Position numbers and translations under genes: made by a program. Positions 1 through 12,826 of a DNA stretch of 64,000 bases are shown in pieces. The DNA lies in assembly GCF_009914755.1 (NCBI RefSeq), contig NC_060931.1; one strand, 5' to 3'. Within the stretch, counting starts at the first letter, position 1. The number at the start of each line of letters is the position of its first letter. This DNA is from the human T2T-CHM13v2.0 reference genome, Homo sapiens. A model generated the notes under the pieces. That model did not search any database. It was given only the letters and a program-made list of their open reading frames with translations, and was not told where the DNA came from.

Positions 1-574
1 ACTTTTGAACAAGTGGTTTATCTTGTTCTCACCTTGGGAAGGTTACATCTATAGAGATCCACAAAATAAGTCCTGCTACTATTGAAACATATGGTACAAT
101 GGATATACTTAGGGGAGGAATAGGTCTATTCTGGCAGGGAAAATAAAAGAAAGGAAATGATTTTGTGTGTTAACTCAATGGTGGGTACATACACATTCTC
201 CAGGCTGTAAAAGGAAATATTACTGTAACAAAAAAATAAAATGACACTAGTTAATGGCTCTTAAACATTAGATGACTCAGATGAAGATGAAGAAAGTTGC
301 CCATCTTCACAAAGCCTCAGAAAGCTTTAAAAACAAGTTATTTTTAGAGAACTGCAAAATTAGATTTTCCTTCTCATAAGTTTCCAAAAACTGTATTTGT
401 TCAGAGTGAAGAACAATTCAAAGACATGTTGTTATTTTATTCCATACATTCTTACTCTCAAAAAATAAAAAATTATCATTTTATACCACTGAATCTATAA
501 CCAGATTATTCATTCCATATTTTTTAAAAAGCAGTCCTTTCTTCCAAATTTGAGTTATCACTTTGTATGCATCT

Positions 575-589
575 CCACAAGGGGGCATC
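575..589 (+). promoter_or_regulatory. CTCF-like motif CCACAAGGGGGCATC
   Basis: Close match to the CTCF core CCASYAGRKGGCR; motif only. Confidence 0.4.
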
Positions 590-632
590 ATTAGTGTGTT
601 TAAAATTTTAAAAAAAAGTGCTTGGAACTTAC

Positions 633-770
633 ATCTTGACCCTGATTAGTTCTCTGGAATGCCCATGTAAATGTAAAAGTTGCATTCTTGAAGATGATAT
701 GGGTGTAAGCTTGTTTTTCTTTGGTTCCACCCCACGATTCTACCACATTTGTACTTTTTCTATTAATATC
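633..770 (-). CDS. ELAPOR2: ELAPOR2 exon 13, 138 nt: DINRKSTNVVESWGGTKEKQAYTHIIFKNATFTFTWAFQRTNQGQD
   Basis: Not in ORF track; tttcag|GAT ... GAT|gtaagt; phase 0->0. Confidence 0.95.
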
Positions 771-2471
771 CTGAAATATAGTGGAAAAACTATATTCAAA
801 TAAAGCACAAACTCAACATTAATATACCTGTGTATATATTACAAATGTATTCATATTTAAAGTAAACCCATTACAGTTTATGACTATTTACAAACAGAGC
901 ATGTAATCCCAGAACTCTTAAAACTTGCCTTCAAGTCTGCACAGGCACCTCACTCAGTAATCACAATATATCAACCACATTGTTCATATAACTTGAAAGA
1001 GGTCTCAAATCATAATATGTTTAAGGGTTGGGGTTTTTTTTGTTTTTATTTTCTATTTTTGTTTCATGTGTGTGATCTGGCTTGGGATATATACTTAGAA
1101 GAGGAAACATAACTCCTCAAACTTCTTACAATAAACTTCTAAAGTTATCATTGAATGGAAAGCCTTCAAATTTTTTATCTTTTTCCTTCAGAGATTCTGA
1201 TAGGGAGCTCTTACATAGGAATTCCAAGTTCCCCTGAATTATACTTGCAAGTTCCAGGGTGACTTTATCCAAGTGCATGTTAAGCAGAATGTTATTTAAT
1301 GTTCATGAAATCCTCTCTTGCTTATACTTGACTTCCAAAAGGTTTAATTTATATTTTATTTATTATTTATTTAACTAAATTCAAGATAATATTAAAATCA
1401 CACAAATTTGTGATATTCCAACTGATATGCTGTCATTAACATGACTGGAAAGCAAATATTAATAAGTTGACCAGATAATGTAACATACATCTAATTTATA
1501 TAAAAAGAAAACCAAGCCTAAACTCTGAATTTTCTAATTTTCCTGGCAGAAATCCTGATAGATCACTTAGGAATTTGGATGGGCTTCCATTAGTTATCTG
1601 GGATGCCGGCAATAAGGTTTCATGAGCTCAAGACAAGTCTCTTTGTTTTTCATCCTTTGATAATACAGGAATCAAACATGTGATAAAGTAACCAAATATG
1701 CTCTAAAGAGACACATCCTGAGTTCACACCACAGATAGGAATAACAGAAAATGCTCATCATACATTATAGAAATCCTCATGTAACCAAACAATGAAATCA
1801 TCATTCCCAAAAAGCAGTTCATAATATATTGATGGTGCTTCATTAAACATCATTATGGGTTATAATAATTGAAATTTAATGCATTAGTGCACATAATATC
1901 ACCTTACATTTGTGAAGCACTACATGATATTCAAAGCATTTTATATATTATTTGGTTTGAGATCTCCAAAAGTCCTGTGAGAAGATCATCACACAAAGAG
2001 GAAAGAAAATGGCAGACTTTGCCAAAAGCTGAAAGCTCTAGGATTGATTCCTCAATACAAATATCATAAGATCCCTACTCTCAGGGATGCCTGGTCAAGT
2101 GGGAGAGACAAAAACATAAATAAGTTCACATAATTAAAGCAGGGATTTTTCAAAGGGTTTTAGAAGCACACTGGAGAGAGTGGCTAACTTGACTGAAAGG
2201 AGTAAGAGAGAGCTTCTGAGAAAAGGTGAAGTTTGAGCTGCTACTGAAGTATGATTGGAGTTCATCAGACAAAACAGCAAAAGGAAAAATGTCATTCTAG
2301 CTTAGAGTGTCAACACATAGGGAATGAAAAAGTACAGAGTGTTCCACTAATACCAACAAATTCAGGTGACTAAAGAAAGGTGAGTCATAAAAGCAGGTTT
2401 GGAAACAGAGGCTGGGGAAAGAAAGAGCCATAAAGACGCCATGTTACAGAATTTGAAGTGTATTCAGAGGC

Positions 2472-2656
2472 TGTTGGTTCTTAAACTCTAAAGTATTTCA
2501 GAACCACCCACAATGCTTGCTAAAATACAGATTGCTGTGACCACAGAGTTTCTTATTCAGTAAGACTAAGCTGAGACCCAGAAATGTGCATTTCTAACAA
2601 TTTCCAAGGGGACCCAGGTGGTGCTGGTCCAGGGTCCACACTTTAAGAATCACTGC
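2472..2656. mobile_element. MER5A-like hAT-Charlie DNA transposon
   Basis: MER5 ends (ggttcttaaact ... cacactttaagaatcactg) and internal gcatttctaacaa. Confidence 0.75.
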
Positions 2657-2715
2657 TATAGGCCATAAAAAGCACCAAGGGAAGGGATAGCTTTGTTGTT
2701 CAAGCCTCTACTGTT

Positions 2716-2863
2716 GAATTTTGGGGTGTCTTCTTTGTTTTGTTTTTGAGACAGGGCCTGTTGCCCAGACTGCAGTGTAGTGGCATGATCATGTAGCTAG
2801 GATTAAAGCTCCCAAGTAGCTCAAAGTAGCTAGGATTAAAGGCATGCGCCATTGTGGCCAGCT

Positions 2864-2894
<31 letters not shown>

Positions 2895-3014
2895 GGGTAG
2901 AGATGGGGTTTTGCCATGTTGCCCAGGCTGCTCTCAAACACCTGGGCTCAAACAATCCACCCACCTCAGCTTCCCAAAGTGCTGGGATTACAGAACTGAG
3001 CCATCACGCCAGCC
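2716..3014 (-). mobile_element. Alu (AluJ-like), internally rearranged, T29 middle linker (2866-2894)
   Basis: Reverse Alu consensus; direct repeat agcctctactgtt at 2703-2715 and 3011-3023 (TSD). Confidence 0.9.
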
Positions 3015-3047
3015 TCTACTGTTCCTTTTATGTTTAAGGATAATTTT

Positions 3048-3397
<350 letters not shown>

Positions 3398-4233
3398 CTA
3401 CTGAATAATCCTGTTAAGAGATAATATTAGTCTGCATTTCAGCAATGGCACTGAGTATGAGAAGAACAGACTAAAGAAATAAGGAGGCAGACTTGGGAGA
3501 ATTGAAGACTTACGGGTTATTTGTGATATAGATGGCTGTGTTGAAGATTATTCATGATCTTTTACTGCCACAAAGTGGATACTTTTTTTCAGAAACAAAG
3601 TCTGCCTTCATTTAAGCTATCAGTAATCACAAATAAATGTTTAAGTCTCCTCACATTTTACATATCACGGAGAAAACTGTTAATAAACTGTTAACTGGCT
3701 ACTAAAAGGTCATTGGGAAAAAAAAACACAAAAACAAAGCAGGTCTGTGAAGTAACTATTTAATTGTAATGTTAAACTCTTAGCCAACAAACTTCTAAAT
3801 CTCACATAAGGTCTTAGCAAATTTCATGGTGATACTTTCCTCAAGCTAAGAGTAGAGATTTGTATGACATCTAGAAAAGAAATGGGCAAAATTATGACAT
3901 GAGCATAGTACTCTTTTTCTAAATGCTCTCTTCTCAATGTTCTACATCTCCATTATTTTCTGCTCTTACTTATTAGTACAATGTTTTTTCTTTCCGGATA
4001 GTTCAAATAGCTGAATGGTTATCAGGTGAGAATTTTCATTCTGCTGGTGACGTTTTTATGAAGGAATTTTTTTTTTTACCAGATTAATATTCCCTGGCCT
4101 CTATCAGTCACCCAAGCTCCCTCACTTAGTCTTTCCCATGAGGAATAAACACTTTATTTGTGGACTTCATTGCACAATTCTTAATTATTTCTTCAGACAT
4201 TTGTTAATGTTTGTGAAAGGTGCTAAGAATAGC

Positions 4234-4257
4234 AAAAAAAAAAAAAAAAAAAAAAAA
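4234..4257 (+). repeat. A24 mononucleotide run
   Basis: Directly seen. Confidence 0.95.
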
Positions 4258-4351
4258 GGAATTCTTATCCCAACTTGCCACAAATAAATTTACACTTGAA
4301 GGAGAATGCTAAGCTTAGAAATCTGCCTTTGAAAGCCGCCCGTCCACTTAC

Positions 4352-4454
4352 CACCATGAAGTACAAAACACAGTCAGCTGAACAGAGGGTCTCAAAGACA
4401 AATGTTATTCTTCCTAGTTCAGAACCCGTGGCTCCAGTCATAGATGTTGGTGGT
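4352..4454 (-). CDS. ELAPOR2: ELAPOR2 exon 12, 103 nt: [34 protein letters not shown]
   Basis: Not in ORF track; aaatag|A ... GTG|gtaagt; phase 2->0. Confidence 0.95.
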
Positions 4455-5129
4455 CTATTTGACAGATTAAAATGGCAATATTTATACTATGTTCTAAATA
4501 CAATTTAGAATAAAATTAAGCCACTATTTTTATTAAACTAAAAGCCATGCTCTTCTCTTCCTCTAATCTACCACTTCCCTCACCCACAACTCCTTCCTCA
4601 CTTAATCATACCTGTCCACACCCTTTGTAGACATTGAGTCCACATAACGATGGTAATATGCTTGAACCTCTTGCTGTAAATGATACCATCCATCCTAAAG
4701 GAAAAGATTCCTACTGGGTAATTTCAACACGGGGAACTAAAATGAAATGGGATTAAGAAATTTCTAACATACTATTTTACCAAGAGAACTGAGAAAAAAT
4801 AGATAAATAAACCAAAAGATACTCCTGCAAACAACTTGGACTGACCTCTTCATTAAGCATCCAAGAATCAAAGTTATGGTAGCATTTGGACACACTATTG
4901 TTTAAATTTTTCAGCTTTATCTAAGTAATATATAACTAACATTTATAGTTTCTCAATCACTACTTCTACAGATATTCTTCAATATAATACATTACCCTGT
5001 GACAGCTTGTTATTTACTAAGTATTTTTGTAATATTAATATGTTCCATAAAGTAGCCCTACTTCTTTATTTCTGTGGGGAAACAGGTGTAAGGATTCTTA
5101 CAGAAAAGAATTAGAATTGTTTTCCTTAC

Positions 5130-5220
5130 TTAAATCCTGGGATATGCAAGTTTAAGATCAGGTAATCATTGTCAGAACCTCCAGCCCCACTCTGGATATG
5201 ATCTCCAGCCACCTCCCAAC
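5130..5220 (-). CDS. ELAPOR2: ELAPOR2 exon 11, 91 nt: (G)[29 protein letters not shown](K)
   Basis: Not in ORF track; ttctag|GT ... AA|gtaagg; phase 1->2. Confidence 0.95.
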
Positions 5221-6187
5221 CTAGAAGTAATAAAAGTCATTTTTATTAATAAAAATTCCATTAATGATCTCCAACAATCTGTTTAAATAAGGTAAAAATA
5301 AAAAGAAGCATTAGTGTTTCTGTTCAAAGTTAGAAATGCTACAAATGAATTCCCTATTTTTAATCACAGTCGCAAATTTCATCCCGAGGTAGATGTTCCA
5401 AGAGGAACCAAGCAATGCATTATTTTGAATAAAAGATACTTAATGGGATAACAACAGTTTTCTCAATGAAGCATGATTTGTATTTTAACTAAAACAGATG
5501 GTCTCTATCTACTCTAATATATTGAGATGAACAATCCTAGTCTTCAGGCAACCAATGTGCAATAGAAACTTCAAATTACTTAACAGAAAAGATTTGGGAC
5601 CTGAGGTTCATTCTTACAGTTTGCTGTACTGTTGTTCCCTAATTTAACCCCTGTTCTGCATTCATTCACTTATTTATTCAACTAGCATTTACTGAGTGCC
5701 AAGAACTATGACATGCACTGGGATAGGAAGGTAAGACAAAGTCCCCCTCACTGAGGAGTCTGTAGAACATGAGAGACAGACACAAACAACTGTCAACAGT
5801 ATAGAGCTGTGCACAGAGAACCATTATGAGGTCCGTCTTCTGCAAAGTAACAATCAATATAAACTGAAATGGCCACAGTAAAATGAGGAAGAGAGAGGCC
5901 TCTCCAACATAACATCAAGCAAGGTTATTAATTAATGGCAATACCTCAGCATTGGCATTTCCATCTCTAAAAGAAAATATCAGTATCTGCCACTGCAAGA
6001 GGTAAAAGACAGAAATTAAGGAAGAGCCTGGTTCAGTGCTAGACTGACTTGGCGATTTTTGAAATGTTATAATCAACAATTTATACAGAGATGATATGTT
6101 GACTATACATCAGTCAAGCTAGTCTTAAAAATAATATGTACTAATCTACATACTTATAAGACAGATGTCCATTGTTTGGCTATCTAA

Positions 6188-7067
6188 TGTGGTTGAAAAG
6201 AGAGATAAGCAGGTATAGAATTCTAAGAGTTGAATAGCCATAAAGCAGTCTGACCCAGTGGGACAACAGGCCCTTGACTGCAGTATAAGCAATATGAGAG
6301 GCACTTAGGTTTAAAGAGACTGTAAACTTCCAGTAGGGATAAAAAGCAGAAGGATATTCCCACATGGAGCAATTCTATACCAAGAAAGGGAGGACTTTAT
6401 GAAATGTTTCTCTCAGAACAACTCCTAGTGTTCAGAAAGGCATGAGGAGGGATAGAATAGCAGGGAAGGGCAAAGAAAAGAAGGCAGTACAAGGATGGTA
6501 AAGAGAGCTAAGTTTGGAGGATTAATACCCTCGCAGGAGGAAACAAACATTTCCCATGTTTGAATATCACTTGTTGAGAGATCCCCAATGTCCTCCACTT
6601 TTTCCTCTGTCCTGAGAAACAGAGTGTCTTGACCCCTTTGAGACCTGGCCAGTGGCATGTCCTCTCCATTACCTGCAGGCTTGACCCCAAGCCAGGGCCT
6701 TGAACATTCCCAGGCACTGATAGAGGTGTTTAGGTTGTTGTCTAAAATACTGAAAGAAACTAGCCCCAGCCTTGAGCCAAACTCCTCAAACCCTCATCTC
6801 AACTCTACAACCCGACTCCCCTCATTCCAGACACACCTCAGTAGAACATTCCTTGTCTTACTGTCCATTGTGAGGTATGTTACAGGCCTCTCTGTAGGTA
6901 AATTCCCCTAATAAATGCTTTGGACTGATCACTGTGGTGTTCAGTGCTTCTTTTGTTGAAATCCCAACTGACCCTGTCTCAGGACAGTTTAGGGAAGTTC
7001 CTTTTGGGAGCACCCCTGCCAGCCACTTTTGGAGCAACTCCAGCCACAGGTTTGGCTGAACAGAACA
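6188..7067 (+). mobile_element. Old ERV LTR (MER54/MER74-like; left boundary uncertain)
   Basis: AATAAA near 6909, U5-like tail ending ...gaacagaaca. Confidence 0.4.
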
Positions 7068-7072
7068 CTTGT

Positions 7073-7563
7073 TGTTATGCATTGACTATGTCCCTAAGAA
7101 AAGATATGTTGAAATCTCCACCACCAATACCCATAAATGGGACCTTATTTGGAAATAAAGACTCTATAGATATAATCAAATTAAGATGAGGTTATAAGGA
7201 TGGGCCTTAATCCAAAATGACTGGTGTCCTTATGAGGGGAGGAAAATACGGTCACAGATGTAGACACACAGGGAGAGGATCATTTGAAGACACAGAGACA
7301 CACAGACCCAGAGGGAGGACGGCCCTTTGAAGATGGAGGCAGAGACTAGAGTTAGGCTGTCACAAGTCAAGGAATTCCTGGGGCTACCAGAAGCTAGAAA
7401 AGGCAAGAAGGGATATTCCCCTAAAGGCTTCAGAGAGAACATAGCCCTGCCCACACCTTGATTTCAGACTTCTGGCCTCTAGAACTCTGAGAGAATACTT
7501 TTCTGTTGTTTGAAGCCACCCAGTTTGTGGCACTCTGTTGCAGGAGCCCTAAGAAATTAAACA
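7073..7563 (+). mobile_element. MLT1C-like MaLR solo LTR
   Basis: MLT1 hallmarks gaagatggaggcagaga, ccagaagctagaaaaggcaag, ttgatttcagacttctggcct, aagccacccagtttgtgg. Confidence 0.85.
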
Positions 7564-7789
7564 CTCATGATACCCTTAGCAGGAAAAACACCAAAGAAAA
7601 GAAATAAAAGAATCTACTGCTCTGAACCCCCTGACTCAGAACTCCAGACTGCCAACGTGAGAGCAGAGCTGTATGTGGAAAGACACACGCAGGGTAATGT
7701 ACTGGACAAGAAATGCAGGAGGACAATGGCGTCAAAGGGAAACCAGATGGCTAGTACCAAATCAATATAAGTGCCTTAAGGGATAGACC

Positions 7790-7960
7790 ACTGCTATCCA
7801 ATTGAGAAATATGTGAGCCACACCTGTGAGTTTAAATGTTCTAAGGACCACATTTTATAATGTAAAAAGAAAGAAGTGAAATTTTAATATATTTTATTTA
7901 ACCCAATATACACAGAATATCATAATTTTGACATGTCATCAATATAAAAATTAAGATTTT
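7790..7960. mobile_element. MER3/MER33-like hAT fragment
   Basis: ctgctatccaat...tttaacccaatata...catgtcatcaatataaaa. Confidence 0.55.
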
Positions 7961-9069
7961 TTTTTCCTATCAACCAGGGCATATCAAAGTCAGTAGAAAA
8001 CCTAGGAAATACTGCCTTTTACTGTGCCCTGGTTGTTATTTTTATCCTTTCTCAAGCATAAAAACTATATGGAACAGTGTCAACCAGAATGTTGATTTCA
8101 AAAACATTTACTTCTAACCTAACACCTAACAGCTATTATAATTTTTATACATTCCCTTCTAGTCTTTGTCCATAGGCACAGTTTAATAATGGTATACATA
8201 ATTTTGTATTTTCTTTTTTCCATAAGAGTGAATCTCATATTTTCCATGTTTCTGTGTATATTTTATATTTTAAGATTATTTTGTATTTAAAAATCATACT
8301 TATATTTATCATAAAAATTTTAAATTTTAAAGACAAATTTAAAAGTTGAAACCTAAAATTACTTATAACTTCATTACCTAGAAAAAAAACACCATTAACA
8401 TGCTGTGATGTTTCTTTTCACTTTCTTTCAACGCATACATGTTTTTACATCACTGAGCTTTTATTATAGATAATTTTGTATCATGCTTTTATAAATTAAC
8501 ATTATTTCATAAGCACTTTTATAAATACTTCATAAACATGTTAATGACTGAAATAATATTTTATTATTCAGCTAAATATAATTTGCATAATTCACCAAAT
8601 CGCTCCCACTACAGGACTTATCTACTGTTGATTACACATCCATTTTAACCATTTGGTTTGTTTTTACCTTTAAGTAACATAATATAAACTATAATAAACA
8701 TATTTTTGTAAAGCTTTTCTATATATTCAATATTTTTCTAAAAAGGAATACCAATAAAAGAGTTATTGAGTCAAATGAATATATTTTTAAATCAATATTG
8801 TGTTACTATTCTGATTTTGAAAGCAATGAGTGTCTATAAGGAATATTAAATACAGTAAACCAAATTTAAAAATAAAGTAATTCATATTTCACATAAACCT
8901 CCCATCTCCAAGGAATAGCCTTTTAACATTCTTTTTAGTATTTGTCTAGTGTATACTTTTAAAATATATAACTTAGATTTTACTATATAATCTATTTCCT
9001 GTTTTTCTTTCATTTAGCATGGTCTTCTGATTTTTCTGATCATCATTCTATGAAAAATATTACCCCTTT

Positions 9070-9335
9070 GAGGTAAATAGCAATTAGTTAATGGGCGCAA
9101 AAATACAGTTAAATACAAGAAATAAGATCTAGTGTTCAATATACAGTAGGGTGTAGTTAGTAGTTTTTTGTGTTGCTCAAAATAGCTAGAAGAATTAGAA
9201 TGTCCCCAACATTAAAAAGATTGTTTGAGATGATAATATCCCATTACCCTTATTTGATCATTCCACATTTTGGAATATATCAAAATATCACACGTACCCC
9301 CAAAATATATAAAACTATTATGTATCATTAAAAAA
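9070..9335 (+). mobile_element. L1MA 3' end, embedded in older AT-rich L1M sequence (~8150-9750)
   Basis: aaatagctagaagaa...acgtaccccc...tatgtatcattaaaaaa typical L1MA 3'UTR. Confidence 0.7.
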
Positions 9336-10282
9336 CCACTAAAAATCCTCTGCACATCTAATTTTAATAACTTAACAATGTTACATAGCTATATCATAAT
9401 TTTATTTAACCATACCCCATTATTGAAAATTTAGTTTTCTCCTATTTTTCACTCTTATAAATAACTCTAAAATTAATATTTTTTGTGCATAATTTTTCTT
9501 TACATCACACTGTTTCCTTGGTATAATCCTCATAAGTGGTATTTTTGGCTTGGAGAATAGGAACTTTCTAAATTTCTGAAACTTTGCCAAATTGTTTTCT
9601 GTACAACTTGCACATAATGATTGCATAATATTTCATTCCATTAGGGTAATATAACTTTTGTAAACATTATCCTATTTTTGGATATTTCAATTATTTCAAT
9701 TTTTGTTGTTATAGATAAAGCCCAATGAACATCTTCATGAATAAAAACTACTTGTCTCCAGCTTTGAATTCCTCTTAGGCAAATTTTAGCACATGAAGAT
9801 TTGCTTCTACATACCTGTTCTGTAACTGTGTGAAAATCAGACCAAGACTACATGAATCTCAAAGCACTCCAAATCATACAGTCAAGTTGGGCAAAGCACA
9901 CTTGCTTTAACTCCATGCCTTAGTGGGTGACTATCCCAGGGGACAGGCTGCCCCTGTGCCTCTCCATTTCACCCTCGTTCTTGTGAGTGCTGCTCCTCAC
10001 AAGGTTGGCTACTGGACCAGCCAGTCACAAAATATACATCACCTTTTATCTTTGTAGTTTTTACATTACTGTTTACCATTTCAATGCCACACACTAATAC
10101 TGCAGAGATTTATACTTTTCATTTAATCATTGATCATTACTGAAAACTAAGCAAAATTTAAAAATAGACTCTCAGTAAATGAGTAAGCAAGTGGGTAAAT
10201 CAAGTATTTCCAGAGTTTAAGCTATGAATAAGTCCTCTATAAGATCCAATTAAAGTTTCAGGTAATCTTTACTAGTAAGTGA

Positions 10283-10284
<2 letters not shown>

Positions 10285-10317
<33 letters not shown>
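10285..10317. repeat. (AC)16 microsatellite
   Basis: Directly seen. Confidence 0.95.
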
Positions 10318-10319
<2 letters not shown>

Positions 10320-11437
10320 TGTATTAGTCCTTTTATAGAGTTATTCTATACCCTTGCCTTCCCAATCTTATTTTCCCAATAGGACTTAATTTTCTCAATT
10401 TAAAATTCAATTATAGGACATTTTAGGAAAAAAAAAACCTTCAGGGTCAAGTAACAGCTATTATATCTTATTCTTCTTCTCTCTGAGGATTTTTTAAGTG
10501 GGATTGTTGGTCAATAATGAAGACTAGCTCACATTTAATATATATACTGAGGCTTTGTCTTTTCCTCTTTCACTCATCTGTTTAACATTATTCAAAAACC
10601 TATTATTTGTCAATCTCTGTGCTCATGTATACACCTCACTTCCTATGACTCAAGCTTTTTTTTTTGAATAGATATTGATTTAAAACGTATGTGTTAAAAA
10701 GCACACACATACGTGTTTACAATAATTAAACATAATATAGAGAAAAGTGAGCAGATAAAAAATGCCAGTGAGGTTATAAGTAAAGGATGCATTTTAGTGT
10801 AAAGGTCTGGTATATACAATACCTACCCGTAGCATAAAGTTTAAAAATACATATATTCATTCAACCATCACATACTGCAGAACAAGTAAATTCCAAGCCC
10901 TCTAGGCACTTAAAAGGTAAGAGCAAATACAAATCAACAACTGTTCTGTAGAACTCTGCCACATTTTCAAATTTTCAATAGGTAGAATTCATATATACTT
11001 TGTAAATACAATCATAGACTTGACAGGCAAGGGGAATTTGAAGTTAGTTAACCCCTCACCAGGGCACAGTGCTGAGCCAGACTAATCAAGACAGAAATCC
11101 CATCATGCTACTCTTTAAAATGGTAAAGAACATAGATTTCATCCCCCTCCTTGGTAAATCTATTCTGGCATTTATACCCATAAATGATGATTCTCAGCAT
11201 CTACTTCAATACTGCCTAAAAAAAATGCAAAATTAATAGTTTGTTCTTCTATGAATGTCACCTGGCTGTGACACCACATTTACTATTTTTATGGTACAAC
11301 CAGAAGATGGGCAAGCAGCCAAATGATAAGATTGAAGTTCCTCATACCCATACTTGGTATGTTTTAGAGAGCTAAGTTCAAGAATGAATGATGTCTCTAT
11401 TGCTGAAATACATCAAGTAGGCTGATTTTGAACTTAC

Positions 11438-11566
11438 CATTCATTCCATCGCACTTTGAATTCCCAACATTGAAGCAGGAAGTTTTCATGTTGCCAGGAA
11501 GGACATTCCACCATTTATATTCAAAGCCAAGTGCAGGCTCCGTTCCTGCTGGACATGGTCTACATT
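11438..11566 (-). CDS. ELAPOR2: ELAPOR2 exon 10, 129 nt: (E)CRPCPAGTEPALGFEYKWWNVLPGNMKTSCFNVGNSKCDGMN
   Basis: ctgtag|AA ... ATG|gtaagt; phase 1->1. Confidence 0.96.
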
Positions 11567-12645
11567 CTACAGGAGACAAGTAGGGTCAACAATTAAAATT
11601 AAACTGCATATGGACAACTTCTACTTTCTCTGTTCCAAACACACTACATTACAATTAGCAGGGAGAGAAGTGGAAAAAAAAGATATTGGACTACCAGTTC
11701 CCTCAGGATGTACTAACTTTTTCAAAAGAAATCTGAAAAGAACAAAATTCTAGATATATTATACATACATACATATACTTGACTAAAATGAAAAAGGAAA
11801 AGGACAGAAACAAAATCTTTAAAAATAATTTTTTCCTTCACATCTGGGAGTAGCTGCTAATACTTAATTACCCTCCATAAAAAGAGTAACTATGAAACAA
11901 GTTCAAGTTCTCCTGCATGTGACCTTAGAATCAGTTCTTCCACCTTATGAATAAAGAAAGATTTCACTCTTCCTATTGGTTATTCAACTTAACAGAATAT
12001 TAATACCATTTATGAACTGATTAATTCAAATTCAAAATATTGACTATGTTGAGAATGGTTGGGTGTTGAGGGGCTGGGAAAGTGCTGGGTTTATAAATAA
12101 GCCTGATTTAAATTGACATCTGCAAAATTGAAAGAGAAGGGTCTTTTCCAACCATTTAGAAATGTAGCCACTTCGCATCATCACATCAGTAAGAAAAGGA
12201 GTAGGGAAAGAAAATATTTCACAAACATTTATACCTGCTGCAAAAGTACTACAGAAGGCATGTTTAAATGTCCTTCTCAATGATGATGAGCCAGATATTA
12301 TCCACCATCCTACAGACAAGAAAATTGAGCTTCAAAAAGTTTAAACAACTTGGATAAATCACACTATTGGTAGCATGGGGGACATAGATTCAAATCCAAG
12401 TCAGTTTGCCTTCAGAGTCCTTTTTATGCTATCTCTCAAAGGCTCTGGATAGTAAGTATACAACATGGCTATATTCAAGCCATCTATCTGCAACTAAAAT
12501 ATTACAGTTGACTGCAATTTTTGTCTACTAAAACTAAAAGAAATTCTGTAACCACTTTCCATAAAAACAATTTAGAAAATGGTCACAGTAGTCCAACAAG
12601 ATCATTTTGCTAAAGGCCCAGTTATTGGACCAATTGACATCCTAC

Positions 12646-12826
12646 CTTTGGTTCCATCTGAAAATGTTCCAGGAGGACAGGGATGGCAAGAAGATGATCC
12701 ATTGTTATAAAATCCAGGGTTGCAAGGCGGACAATCCTTCTTCTCTCCAGAAGGGGGCAATCTAATAGCATCTGTGAGATCCTCCCGGCAGATTTTGGGC
12801 TCTATCCACTTGTACATTATCTGTGT
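12646..12826 (-). CDS. ELAPOR2: ELAPOR2 exon 9, 181 nt: [60 protein letters not shown]
   Basis: T21-gtag|ACA ... AAG|gtagga; phase 0->1. Confidence 0.96.

Noticed and set aside
4225-4265. A24 run as a retro-insertion
   Set aside because: No convincing TSD
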